64,000 bases of DNA, from NCBI GenBank assembly GCA_964035545.1, contig OZ037770.1, positions 7,632,973-7,696,972 on the forward strand. The letters run 5' to 3'. This DNA is from Bugula neritina. Lineage: Eukaryota > Animalia > Bryozoa. A program made the position numbers and the translations under genes. Shown here piece by piece: positions 25,401 through 40,400 of this stretch. Below the pieces are notes generated by a model. It was not told the origin of the DNA. It saw nothing but the letters and a program-made list of their open reading frames with translations, and did no database searches. Each line of letters starts with the position of its first letter. Within the stretch, counting starts at the first letter, position 1.

Positions 25401-28400
25401 GCCAAGATTCCCGTGACACGCAAAATACTTGGCTAGAAATATAAATTCATATGATCCAAAATATCTTGCAATCACAAAGTTTTTCTGTACACAATTATAG
25501 AAAGCTCTTTTCTTGTTTTCCTTAATATAAATTGATTTAATGTACTAAGTTAGCATGCAATGCTTTGTAGATTTAAACCCCCACACACTGAGGATCCAAT
25601 GAGAATGCTTATTTTCACTATGATAGCGGTTCCGTCTCACTACAGACTCGTCATATTTCTCGATTCTCTCGATCAGCTGTCATCTTATGGAAAGGTACTT
25701 TGTGTGACACAGTGTGTGTGACACAGTGTGTGTGACTCAGTGTGTATGTGATGCGGTGTGTGTGTGTGACACTGTGTATATGATGAAATATGCAATGTAC
25801 TGCATGCATGTACTACCTAGTTAAACTATATTCTTTTCTTTGTATTTAATTCATGCAAGTGTAGTGTTTCTTTATATTCTAGTTTTCCAGCTTTGCAGCG
25901 TTATCAGTGTTGAGCACATAATTTTGCATAGTCGTATTCTAATCGTACATTTGTTGTGATGGTGAAACTGTATAAGTCTGCTGCTCTTTTCAAAGGCCCA
26001 CACCCTCTCCTGGCTGCCACTGATGCTGCCCCCCAACGTCAAACTGGTTGTCTCCACTTTACCTAAAGATCACAGCCTCCTGGATATTCTGAAGATGCGC
26101 AACTACCCTGACAAGCAGTTCGTAGAGGTGTGTCTTTCGTATGCTATAACTATGTTTCTCAGATGCTATAACTATGTCTCTCATATACTATAACTATGTC
26201 TCTCATATGCTATAACTATGTCTCTCATATACTATAACTATGTCTCTCATATACTATAACTATGTCTCTCATATACTATAACTATGTCTCTCATATACTA
26301 TAACTATGTTTCTCATATACTATAACTATGTCTCTCGTATGCTATAACTATGTCTCTCATATACTATAACTATGTCTCTCATATGCTATAACTATGTCTC
26401 TCAGATGCTATAACTATGTCTCTCATTTACTATAACTATGTCTCTCATATACTATAACTATGTCTCTCATATACTATAACTATGTCTCTCAGATGCTATA
26501 ACTATGTCTCTCATATACTATAACTATGTCTCTCATATACTATAACTATGTCTCTCAGATGCTATAACTATGTCTCTCATATACTATAACTATGTTTCTC
26601 GTATACTATAACTATGTTTCTCATATACTATAACTATGTCTCTCATATACTATAACTATGTCTCTCATATGCTATAACTATGTCTCTCATTTACTATAAC
26701 TATCTCTCTCATATACTATAACTATGTCTCTCATTTACTATAACTATGTCTCTCAGATGCTATAACTATCTCTCTCATATACTATAACTATGTCTCTCAT
26801 ATACTATAACTATGTCTCTCATATACTATAACTATGTCTCTCAGATGCTATAACTATGTCTCTCATATACTATAACTATGTCTCTCAGATGCTATAACTA
26901 TGTCTCTCAGATGCTATAACTATGTCTCTCAGATGCTATAACTATGTTTCTCATATACTATAACTATGTCTCTCAGATGCTATAACTATGTCTCTCATAT
27001 ACTATAACTATGTCTCTCAGATGCTATAACTATGTCTCTCATTTACTATAACTATGTCTCTCAGATGCTATAACTATGTCTCTCATATACTATAACTATG
27101 TCTCTCAGATGCTATAACTATGTCTCTCAGATGCTATAACTATGTCTCTCATATACTATAACTATGTCTCTCATATACTGTAACTATGTCTCTCATATAC
27201 TATAACCATGTCTATGCTATGTATGCGTTATATGCTTTAGCTGTGTACGTATGCTTTGATTTTATATACTGCATTCATTACAACTAGAGACTTTTTCCTT
27301 TAGTTATGCAATATATTCTGTAATGTAAAGTAAAGGCTGCAGCACCATTAAACTTGTTTGTTTAAACTTTAAAGTATATAATGATATAAAACAATGTGTT
27401 GTAACTGCAGGTGAACATTTTGGAGGCAGAGTTGTCTATTAAATTAATGAGAGACTGGCTGATGTCTTCTGGCAGAAAACTAACTGAACCTCAGATGAAT
27501 CTTGTTGCTGAAAGGTGATATATATTATAGTATGATATATAGTATAGTATGATATATAGTATAGTATGATATATAGTATAGTATGATATATAGTATAGTA
27601 TGATATATAGTATAGTATGATATATAGTATAGTATGATATAGTATAGTGTGATATATAGTATAGTATGATATATAGTATAGTATGATATATAGTATAGCA
27701 TGGTATACAGTATAGTATGATATATAGTATAGCATGATATATAGTATAGTATGATATATAGTATAGTATGATATAGTATAGTATGATATAGTATAGTATG
27801 ATGTATAGTATAGTATGATATATAGTATAGCATGGTATACAGTATAGTATATAATGTTAGATGGTGTAATATACAATACTTAGGTTCCGTGAAGACAAGA
27901 ACACCAGCCCACTGTATATCAAACTAATATATGACGTGATGGTGAAACTGCGATCTTATTTCCCACAAGAAGAGCTCGGTCCTCTCCTCAATGAGATCAA
28001 CTCCCCTGTCAAGTGTATCAGATACATCTATAATGAACTGATGAGAAAAAACGGTAACCATATCTGCATACTCAGCTGGATAAGATTTCCAACGCTTAGA
28101 TAGAAATATTTGTAATTGGTATTTGTAACTAGTGGTTGTTTAACGCTGCTACATTAGATTATCAGAGTTGTGTTTCTGTAAACATATAATGAGCAGTTGG
28201 GCCCCTCAAAGTAGCAAAGCACAGCAGATGTCTCTGTGTAACTGATTTGACATTCCATACTTTAGAAGGGCGCCATTGTTAAATCAAATAAGTGTAACAC
28301 CAACAAAGCAATATTATATAAACTCAGCACACAATACACTCGTCTTTAACCTGTGTTGGTTTTCATATCTCTACTAATCTGTTTTCTCAAAAAATTATAG

Positions 28401-31400
28401 ATATTTTGTGATAAATTTTGAGAATTTCCCTAAGATGCTTCATTTTAAATAGGTTAATCTTAGATAACTTGATTTCTTAGAAAAAAATTGTCATAATTTA
28501 TTTTTGGCAAGCAGAATAAAGTAACTGGTTACCAAATATATATGTACAACTTTTACTCATTTTATTTTGTATTCAGAACTTTTGTATCAATCAATGATTA
28601 TTAATGGAACCTTTTTTAAACCTCTTTTGGTCATCACCAGCTGCACTCGCATCAGAAGTTAAGTTTGGCTCTTCAGTCTCACTTACACAGTAGGAATGCA
28701 TTATGAAATGCATTCTTTCAGGTGCATTGCTGGTCCACAGGCTATTTGCATATCTGCACCTGTCTAACCTGGGACTCACTGAGAATGAAATGGTAGATCT
28801 GATCTCATTGGATGATGAGGTTTTGAATGACGTGTTTCAGTACCACACACCTCCTCTGCGCAGACTTCCTGCAGTGCTGTGGGCGAGAATTCGCAATTCT
28901 ATTCAGGAGTATATAGTTACCAGAGAGGCTAATGGTGGCAAGGTCTCGCTCTTTTACACTTTGATATGTGGCTTACACAAAATATCATACTGAGATTGCT
29001 ATCATATTCTAATTCATATATGAAGATAATCTTTACACTCTTTAATTCACTAATTTTGAACCACAAAACTGGTTACTGTCTTTGCTTATAAAGGAAAAAT
29101 ACATCACAAAACTTTAAATTGTGAAGATAATTGCCATGATCCTTTAATTTTTTGCACTTATTTAATAGTATTTCCATGATTATTTTATCTATTTGACAAT
29201 TCGTATAAACTATTGGTAAATCATGAAGTTGACTGGATTTCTTTAAACAATTTATGGGGCTGTTTTCTTCAAAAATTCAATTCGGAAGTGATTTTGTTTA
29301 GGTCATTGCCTGGTACCATCGTCAATTTATTGAAGTTGGTGACACAATGTACAAAGCTGAGTTTCCGTTAAACTACACTCCATCAGAGGATGCCAGCAAT
29401 ACAGAGGCCTTATGTAACATTCTGAGAGAGAACATGGTCAACTACTTTCTTGGTAATAACCTCTGCATACGGTTATGTCATGCTGTTATATGCTCAAGCT
29501 TGTTTCAGCTCTCACCAAGTTTAATATGATCGCTTGATGGGTTGGTAGACTGAGAGTATTACTCTTTAAATATTTTAGGCACTTGGGCAGGTGACAAACC
29601 CAAACCTTACACTTTACCGGAGCACATGAGAGCGAAGCTAAAACGTGAGAATGCAGAAGATGCTGCTGTTCGAAATGTGCCTGCAATGCCCAACATCCTT
29701 GAAAATGGGCGACCTAATTTGAGAAAATTAGGACAACTACCAGCTTTGCTCATTAAGCTTGGCCGTATTGAAGAGTTTTTCAATGAAGTAAGTTTTACTG
29801 TATCTGCATATAACAGAGATTTTACATTTTACTGCATAAATTCACTGAAAAAACCCGGTCAGTTGAATGAGTTAGCAATTCATAGATACAATTTATTTTA
29901 ATATCATTTCGTCTGACAGCAGTTACAGTTATATACCTACAGTATAAAATAGCCCCATCATTCTGAGACACATTAATAAGATAAACTTTAATCAAAGTGA
30001 AGCGAGCTTTGAAACAATTATTAGTTTCTGTTTCTCGCCTGTTGCCGCGCCGTCCTGTGCTGCCAGAAGTATTCTTCTGCTCCTGTGCTGAATATTCTTG
30101 TGCCAAGTCACGCACTTCAAAGTCTTTCCTGGTGGTGGTTTTCTACCTATGCTTTAGCCTATCTCGACTTTTCTTTCTTTCTACTCGCATCTCATATGCT
30201 CTATGGATGTCCCCCATTTCTATGACACACATGACCTAACCACTTTTTTCTATTTTGCTTATCAGTTGTGTTCTATTATGGAATTATCTTCTCTAATCTC
30301 ATTTGTTATATGCCCCTCTATTCCTAAGCTGTATGCCAACACTCTCATCTCACAAGCCCCAACCTTCCCAACCATGTGACCCATTACTACCCACGTCTTG
30401 TTTATATATAACAACAAAGATGTATTAATGCTATGTATGTAGATAATCACTTTCCGCTTTTTATTGACCTTGTTGCTCGCAACAATATTGGGAGCAGCCG
30501 TGGTCTAGGGGTTAGAGCGTTTGCCTAGTAAACACGAAGGTCATGAGTTCGAGCCCAGACAAAGGCCATTGGTGATGTTAGGAAGAGCATCCAGTCATAA
30601 TTGCTCCTGTGCCTCATTTAAATAAGTCCTTAGCCGCTTCAATAAAAACCCTTTCTATCAGGGGTTTCTCACAGGGATAGCGACTATAAACTTGCGTGAG
30701 TTTTTTTGCTCGCAAAAATATTAGTCTGGTATAAAAATATTCACTAGTTGTACATATTATGACTGAAAATTAATGTGATCACCACAAGACCATTTCTAGC
30801 AAAAGCAGTTTGTACTGAGTTATATATAATGTGATAGAGTGCATCTATTCACAACTAGATGTGTAGATGACATTGTAACAATGATTGACTTCACAACAAT
30901 TAAACAAGCATTAACCAAACTTACGCCTCTTCATAAACAAGGCAAACAAGCTTACAAAACTTTCACCAAAATGTATTTTTACTGCCTTTTTGTATTAAAA
31001 CTTTCAACTGGTGTAAATCTTTTACATAGCAAGAATATAATATGACATGTAGCTTTACATTCCTTTTCTACGTTCCAATGACTGTTTTGCTAGTCAAAAG
31101 TTCTAATGTGGACCTATCTAAGGCATGTTGTAATCATGGCTTGTTTTAGTTTGTTTAGGTTCAACTGTTAGTGCTTTTGTAAAATATTGTAGTTAATATT
31201 TGCTCTAACAGGTGTTTGGGAACATAGAGGGGCTGGTTGGTCTCTTCTCCATGTACTCCTGGTCTGACATCTACGAGATTGCTGACGGAGTAAACTTTGA
31301 CAACTATAAAGCCATTGGCAAAGACAAGGACGAAGTGACTGACCCCAGTATGTAGTACACATGAATACATCAGCTCTCTTACTTTTGTCTAAAATCAAAA

Positions 31401-34400
31401 ATGTTATTCTGTGAAAAATTTTAAGTTGTCAACTCTGGCAGAAAAAGATATTTTGTTTTTTGCCCGTAAAATTTCAATTAACAATTGTTGTTAATGTTTA
31501 TTTTAATTGAAAGTATTTTTTATTCATGCTGCGGGCGTTGTGCTATTAGAGTATAAACCTGTTAGAAGAAGCTATTCACATGAGCAATGAATTTATTACT
31601 TTGTGTTATGTTATTTTACATCTTAAATTGCTCGAAACTTGTGGTGCGTTTCTAAATAACACATTTTGTTGAAGATGTCATCAAGAATCCCTTCCAAATA
31701 TTGATCCGCTCCTTCTTGCTCACGTCAGCCATTGCTTGTACATATCCCAAGATGCTGGGTCCACTCATCTTGGGTCGACTCCTGCCTTTTGCTCCTGGAT
31801 CTGAAATCCTCAACAAGCTCATCAATGGGGTGTATGATAAAGGTATAGTCACTTCCAAATATGTATTTTAGCATGTCTTGAGTTACCTACAGACAGCTCT
31901 GCAAACTGAGAGTTTTCAAGGTACAACCATGATGATGACGACAACCAGCAAATTTGCTAGCAGATGATAAAAACCATCAACTTGTAAACTGACTATTTTC
32001 ACCTCATGGTTCCAGGCGAGAACAAATATGTTACGGGGGGGGGGGGTAGACTGTAGTTCAATTTGTAATTAGGAACGTTATTAAGACAGACAGCTTTTTA
32101 CATTGCTGAATATTACCTGTTAAAAAGAATGCTAACCCTGTTTTTTTTATTATTTTATGTTATGATGAGAATCACTCTAGAATTATTATTTATGTTAAAA
32201 TGTCTGCCAGTCTAAGAGTCAAGTACTTTTTATTTTAGGCCCCAAGTTGAATTCCTTTGTCTGTCCACATGCACAGCTGGAAGGTGTTGGCACGTACTTG
32301 ATATTCGAGATGCCTAATGACCACGTTGGGTCTTGTGTGGCCATGATTGAAGTGACTCCAAAGAGCCATCACTTTATTCTCACCCTCTCCAAGAAAGCCG
32401 TCCTCATCAACATGGAGGGTCAGTTCATTCCCTATGCACTAAATACATTTTATAATTTGCAATAGTTTTTGGTTTTATATGCGCTAATCTTAATGCAAGA
32501 TTCACTTTCCAGAGCAGTATATGCTGGGTTTCAAACCTACACAGCTGTATTAATTAAATCAGCTCAAGCAAAAATGTTCACCTCTGTGTTGCTGTAAATC
32601 CAACCAATAATTTCATCAATAGATTACCTATGGTTATGTAGAATACAATATTTTTGTGCGGTTAATTATTCACTGTGTTATACAGTACTGTAGTAATTAG
32701 ACTCACACTGTATACTTATTCACTGTGTTATACAATACTGTAGTAGTTAAACTCACACTGTACACTTATTCACTGTGTTATACAGTACTGTAGTAGTTAG
32801 ACTCACACTGTATACTTATTCACTGTGTTATACAGTACTGTAGTAATTAAACTCACACTGTACACTTATACACTGTGTTATACAGTATTGTAGCAATTAA
32901 ACTCACACTGTACACTTATACACTGTGTTATACAGTACTGTAGCAATTAAACTCACACTGTATACTTATACACTGTGTTATACAGTACTGTAGTAGTTAA
33001 ACTCACACTGTATACTTATACACTGTGTTATACAGTACTGTAGTAATTAGACTCACACTGTACACTTATACACTGTGTTATACAGTACTGTAGTAGTTAA
33101 ACTCACACTGTACACTTATACACTGTGTTATACAGTATTGTAGTAACTGTTCTATTCTGTATTTTAGATGGTAACATTCAGATGAGATACATGCCACCAG
33201 ATCTTCGTAAAGATGACAGCTTTCATCTTGTTGCTGCTTATGAACCGTTCAAGGACCCCAAAGACATCGCTGCCACTCTTAGAATCATACCAAAGATTTA
33301 CATTTTTTCTTGTGAGGATTTATATTAGTTACTTCTTACTCTCACCACAGCTGGTTACATTCACAAGTCTGAGGTGATCTGTGAAAGTAATGTGTGACTT
33401 GAAACAATGCTAGTAAAATATCTTCGAGTTTCTTTTATTTGATAAAAAGCTGTTTTGTCAGAAAACATTGTTTTATTTTTTATACTTAGCGATTGTCCAC
33501 TCTATGTTTATTAACAAGTCCGATTTGTTACAAAAGTCTATCAACTCTTTTATGCAGTGGTAGAATTTGACGTTGGTGAAATCATTGACTGCAGAACAGT
33601 ACCAGGGTATGAACAAATGAGAATCCAGGGGCTGGAGATGGGTAGAATACAAGTTAATGATGCTGTTGTTGTAATGGTACATGGACAATCACACGAAGGC
33701 CTGCTTATGTTTGATGTCAAAAAGAAAGACTTGCTCTACAAGTAAATACAATATACTTTGTAATCATTCATACGAGCACTCACTGTGTTATGACTCGTGT
33801 GTCAGCTTCACGGCATTTAATATGTTGAATGCAAATTCAGAATTATCCTCTCTTAACCTTCAGATTTTCTTAAAAAATATTTCATTAAAAAGCTCAACAG
33901 ATAAATTTCACTTAAAGTAGACAGCTTTGAGAAACTCTGTTTTGTGACTTTTATTCACTCACTGGCTAGTTATGTTTTTAAATTTGTAATTTTTGTTGAA
34001 CTTTAAATGAAAAGCTATGTAGGCATGTGTTAGTGTGAGGTTTTTGAATTTTAGTTTGGTTTACTTCATTCTTTATCAAAATAAACATGGTCGCCTAGAT
34101 ATATGTAACTGTATTGTGGTGACAGGGAAAACAACTCTAAAAGGTAGCCAGAAGTTGACTGCATTTCCTTGATATGCTCATTGTCACTGCTAGTTATCCT
34201 GTTCTATGAAATATTGGTAAAACGTCTTGAGTGTTTGTTTGTCACCGCTTGGTTTGCAGCACCATCTGTGTCTTTCCTTGTAGATTTAACAACAGCAAAA
34301 TGATTCTGTTTATGCACCTGGAAAACAACACTCTGCACATCACTCAGCCTCATCTTGAAACCACTGTTGTAATAAACAAGTCAGAATTGGTGAAATCTCA

Positions 34401-37400
34401 TACCCAGGTTTCTCAGACCTTTGTGGCAGCCGCTGATGTCATTTCTCTACAGGTCTGTTACCTGCACCTTCTTATAAATACTTATAGTTACCTACGGCTA
34501 TATTTGTGGTCTATAATTCATCATATTAATGTCAAATATGTGATTAAATTGTTGATTGTACGGAACACCCACCTTACAGTGATTTGAAATAATGAGCCTT
34601 TAAAAAGGAACTTACCGGTTTACATGAAATACTATTAGTAAACACAAAAACATGCACAGAGTCAGTTTTCTACATTCTGTAACAACACAATAGATCTAAC
34701 AAGTATTTCTCTTGCAGTTCACAACAGCACGACAGGAAGCTCTCCATCTTCCATCAGATTCTATTATCACTTCGAAGACTGTTGCTAAAAGCAGTGCCAA
34801 CTTAATGGTCTTTGCCACTGAAGATGGAAATGTATACATCGGTAAGAAAACATACACACGCGCATGAGCACGCACACGCACACACGCGCGCGCACACACA
34901 CACCACACACTAATTTCTAGGTTTGCCTAATTTCAACTTTGAAGAATACCCGTGTTCTATGCTATTTATGAAGCTGTTTTGGTAGAACTTGTAGAATGCA
35001 CTTTATTCGAATATTTTTAGGAAGCCGAGAACCAAAAGGCCACCAACGGTGGGCAAAGATTCTTCTAGACTCTCCGGCTGTGGACGTCCAGTTTGCGTTC
35101 TCTGTTGATTCTGACGTAAGTTAAGTTGTGAAACTTACATCAATATCTTACCTCACACCTGTTATCTCTTTCATGCCAGCTCATACATTAGAATTTAAAC
35201 TGTTAGCTGCCACATCTCACATATTTACAGTTTTTACAGCCATTACACCATAGTCGTGTGACATGGCAGTAGCACATATTTATAGCACAACTTTTCAAGT
35301 TATATGAGCAGTTCATCTCTGATGGTGGTTCATTTTTTGGGGCTGAGAACTGGTGAAACTATATCAACATTTTCATGACAGAACGGTTATTTTCAGTTTT
35401 ATAATTAAAATTTAAGTCAATCCAGAACAATCGGACATGTGTGTGTGTCTGTGTGTGTGCCGGTGTGTGTGTGCATGCGTGCACGCACGTGCGTGCGCGC
35501 GCCTGTGTGTGTTTGTCTGTGTGTGTTTGTCTGTGTGTGTTTCTCTGTGTGTGTTTCTCTGTGTGTGTTCGTGTGTTCATGTGCGTGTAAGTAAGTATGC
35601 ATGTATGCTATTGATGTTTAAAGTTTATGGGGCTATTTTATCTGATAGTTTAGGCATTTTTGGTAGTAGTTATCACCATCAGAATAACATTCATTGTTAA
35701 TGCTACTTTTTAAATTATAAAACAAGTAATATTACCATCATTTTCAGCTAGTGACAAAAAATGGCTATTTTATAGACTCAGTATTATACATGTGTTTTAG
35801 GGAGCCCCCCTAGCTGTCTGTACTAAACACTATGTCTATGTTCTACTCTCTGTAAAAGAAGATGCGTGTAATAAACTCAGCATACACAGGATTCCTGAGG
35901 AAAGCCTTGGCATGTCCATTGTTGTTGCTGCAAAGATGAAGCTTGTTCTCTCCAAATTCTGTAAGTGTTGCAGAAGCAATACGATATATGATTGTACGAT
36001 GTATGCTCATTAAGGGCCATGTTTTATATTACTTAGCTCTCAGAACTATCTAGGAAAGCAAACAGTTTGTGGACTTGAATTTAATATTTGATAAGTTACA
36101 TTAAACTGTTGCTCAAGACATAGGGACAAGTGGCTAAATCGTTGAAGAAACAGGTTGCATGCCTGGTGGTTTTAGATAAATGTCCAAGCATTAAACTGCT
36201 CTATTGAGTAGCCATTATGGTAGTCCAGCTAGCTGTTCCACCATAATTCCTGCACTCAATATCTCATCCCTGTGTCAAATCTATATGTTCTACTTAAAGG
36301 TAATAGTTATCTAATGGTGAATTGTACGTCACTTAGCATCTTACAATATAATTTCATATATAAATTACTCAACTTGTGTACTATCTACTCAAAAAGTTTT
36401 AAATTTTACGTATTTGTTATAAAAATCTCAATAATAATAATGTATACCAAAAACCCTATGATACACCGATTTGCTCTCTTTTTAAAAACACTCGTATCAT
36501 TCGTAAAATAAGCTTTTACAAATGTAATATCTAACATATAAGGGAGATATCCAGCACCCACTGAATTAGTTTGAACCTGAAGCGTGACTGCAATTGTTCA
36601 GCATGGGTGACTTAATAAAATGCTTTACTGTACATATAGCTGAAAAAAATTTAAAAAAAGACAATTGTTATTGCACTATGGCAGGGTTTGAAACATTTAT
36701 TATGTCACATCATCATCAATTATTGTTATTAGTGCTATTTCTGATATCCATAACTGTATATTAGCTAAAGACATGTGAACAGATTTTTAAGCTTTGTATA
36801 TGCAAATGCATCAGATTCTTTTGAAATGATCCTTGAGTTCGGAAATTACAAAATTATACTAGTCGCTTTATCTTCAGACATGGTTAATGACACTACCTGC
36901 ATTGGCTATCATCTTGGTCAAGTCTACATCTTTTCAATGGAATCAGAAGATGCATATGACATTAGTCTTAAGATAGTAAAGAAGTTCGATGCTCATTCTC
37001 GACCAATTACTGGGATCATCTTGAATGAAGATATTGGTATGTCTTCTGCTACATGGCAGGTGTTATTTACCTGTATATCTTCTGCTACATGACAGGTGTC
37101 ATTTACCAGCATGTCTTCTGCTGCATGGCAGGTTTCATTTACCAGCATGTCTTTTGCTACATGACAGGTGTCATTTACAGTAACATTTTCAGCTAGTTGA
37201 TTAGTGACATGACGTTTAAAGCACTGCTTGATAAATACCACATCTGCTTATGTTGTATGATTAGTGCAACAAAATCAGGTTGATGATGGGTTTTCAAATC
37301 AATGCTTTTATATTTTATTAGCAAACAAGAGTAACTTAGTAGGCCTGATGTCAAAAGAACAGCCATTCAAAGTCATAACACATATTATACCACTTTTATA

Positions 37401-40400
37401 CAGTACAGTTTCTGTAACGCAATGAGTTTATATATTGATAAAAAATAGTTCAGGAACAGCTGTTGTAAAATTTTAAGTCAAACAAAGTTTATGAAAACCA
37501 GCAGAGTTTTATGGGTTGTAATTTGAGAAAGTGCTGGCTGTTTGTAAAAGGACTTTCTATATATCAAATTTTTAAGTTTGGTGTACAATTACATATAATT
37601 TTTACTAGGGCAAATTTTCTTTGGTTACAATACAGGTTGTCTCAAACTCCTTTAATATCCAGTGGTTGGTTGATTGGGTGCAAGCTAGAAATGGTTTATA
37701 TTAAGAGCCACTACCTTTTGTTTGAAGGCAACTAACAGCATGTTAAAAGTGATATTTTGTGAATTTTAGATTTAAAATTTAATTATTATCATAATATCAT
37801 TTATTACATTAATCTATGAGCGTTGATTTTTTGGGCCTAGCCAATCGAGATTTTTCATTGATTTTGTAATATATTTAATTTACGATGACTAAAGATATTC
37901 GCAAAGTTGTAATATGTGTAGTTATTAGAAGTTAATTACCTTACAACTCGGAAACTTGTAATATCCTTTTCTTTGTCAGCTGCCATGTTTCTAACATCAG
38001 CTGAAGATGGGAGTGTTAGGGTTTTCCACGCTGGTCTCAATCTGCACCCAGCCTTGAGGGAGGCAAACACCTTTGACAGAATGGGTGTCATCATTCATGG
38101 GATTTCTGCTTCTGGACTTCAAAGTGCCTCCTTTTCTAAAGACAACAAGTGAGTAATTGTACTTGACTTGATCAAACTATGTAGCTTTTCATATGATAGG
38201 TTTTCTCTACAGACTTATGCAATTAGCCTGCATATAGAGAATGCTAAATGATATGATATGTATCTATAGTACGTTAACGGTTTTTTATTTATATCTTATA
38301 TTAGGCATCAACAAAATATACCAGTTGTTAGGATAGAGTACTCACTCTTCAATTTTACAGTAATTGTTACTAAGGATACAGTGACTGTTACTAAGGATAC
38401 AGTGACTGTTACTAAGGATACAGTGACTGTTACTAAGGATACAGTGACTGTTACTAAGGATGCAGTGACTGTTACTAAGGATACAGTGACTGTTTTTAAG
38501 AATACAGTGACTGTTACTAAGGATACAGTGACTGTTACTAAGGATACAATGCCTGTTACTAATGATACAATGACTGTTACTAAAAATATTTCACTTAAAT
38601 AGATATTTAAAAAGATATTTTTCAATACTTAGCAATGTAACTTTTGTAATTTTAGCACAGTGGCTGTGTGGACAAATGCTACAGGTAAAGTCACTAACCA
38701 GCTGAGCCATGATTACCTACAAGATGAAGACACGGTTGCAGGTACCGTGTGTTTTGATGATTGTGTCGTCACCTTATCTTGTAAAGGAGTTCTCAGCTTC
38801 TGGGATACCAGTGAGTCTGAAGGCTCTCTCACTGAGCAAGTCGAATTGGATGGAGTAAGAACTCTGGTAAGTGTTCTGAGTTGGTTGTGGTAACATAGCC
38901 ATCAGATATTACATACAAGACTCGTACAATTTCTACACGTCAAAGTATGCTGTTTATGTTGAGTAGTTGCGAGGCTGTGATCCTCATGAAGTTCTGGTCT
39001 GCTGCACAAAGAGTTGGTACAAATTCTCCTGCAAGTCTGGAGAAGTGATTTCAGAGAAGTTGTATGAAGACAGAGAGTTACTGAAAGTTCAGTATGTGAA
39101 AAGTCAACTGATACTGTTGCAGGTCAGTGTGTAGAATGTCAACCAGTATTCTCTTTGATTAGTAAGTTGAATGCCAGTTGGTATTATTGTTATCTAGTAT
39201 ATGAAAGATTTACTCACATTCTTACAGTTAAAGTGTTGAGGTGTTTACATTGACATCTGAGTGACTAATACCTCTAATTCTGACGGTACATAATTTTGCT
39301 CGTAATTAGTTAAACCTCTAAACTCGTCTACTATTGGCTTACCCTGTTATAGTACTACTTCTCCCATACCAACCGTAGAAGCGGCTGTTTGTATCACTTT
39401 AGGGTTAGACTTTTCATTTCATTTCAAGTATTAATTTTACTCTGAGTCATGTTTGACTCCTTCAGTGGTCGAGACATGTTTTATGTATGGCAGCTCATTT
39501 TGTAGAAACCTACACTTGCCTCTGGTAAACCTATTTAACGAGCTCTACATAAAAGTCTTTCTAAATTTTTATCATGTTGCTCAAGAGTTGATCTATATAC
39601 GAGAATGTCATCTACTACTTCTGTAACTCCTTATAGTCCTAAGAGTCCTTCAGTTAGACACAGTGAAACTCTTCTAGTGGTACCAAAAGGTGTTCAAAGA
39701 AATTTATATTTACAAACTAGCATTTTGGAGGCAGTCAAATCTGTTGCATCTTTATGTATTGTATCTGAAGGCTTTTCTTTGCATCACAGAGAGAAAAAAC
39801 TTTGCTCTATTTAATTCATCCAACATCTTGTATTGTTAGTAATGCAACATGATTTCGTCTGATAGAGTTGTTTAGATTATGTGGATCAATACAATATCCT
39901 AAGTTTGGTGTAAAACTTTCTTACAGGTTGTAAGTGACTCATCCACTCTGTGATCGGGTCAGCTTTTGTCGTTGTTTCAGTTTTTTATTTTCCTTCATTA
40001 AGTCTTTCAATGAATAGTGATGCCCTATGTGGCCTGGCTTGTATTTGTATGCAACTGAGAGTATAACAAGTTATGTGAAAGTATCAGTAAACTTATCTAC
40101 CAAGGAGCTATTTTTCTCATCACAACTAAACATTTGATGCATTTTCTCAGTAGTTTGGAGTAATTTGATTTCTTGACATGTGGACAAAGAAGGTTACCTA
40201 TGCGGTTTAGCGTCAACTGCCAAAATATTTTGTTCAGAAAACTCACTGTTGATGCCCTGCATGAGGAGTCGGGTTCACTCAAGTGGCATACATGTGTTCT
40301 GGTTATACAGTGTTAGGGAAGTGTTGGTTTTAGTCAAAGTTGGTTTTCCTAGCTGTATGTTATAGTCATTCATGTTAGGAGTGTTACAAGTAGCAGCTGT

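Noticed and set aside
27439-27876. Repetitive ORFs (also 11764, 35359-35700, 38308-38625, 48011, 52412-52832, 60444-60774)
   Set aside because: They are translations of micro/minisatellites with no independent coding evidence.
30490-30565. Functional tRNA gene
   Set aside because: It has A and B boxes but no proper acceptor stem, continues into a shared SINE body and has a TSD. The same applies to 13140-13214.
38656-38668. Exon start CACAGTGGCTGT resembling the upstream 21-bp unit ACAGTGACTGT
   Set aside because: The match is only 10 of 11 nt and ~70 nt of unrelated sequence intervenes, so it could be chance.
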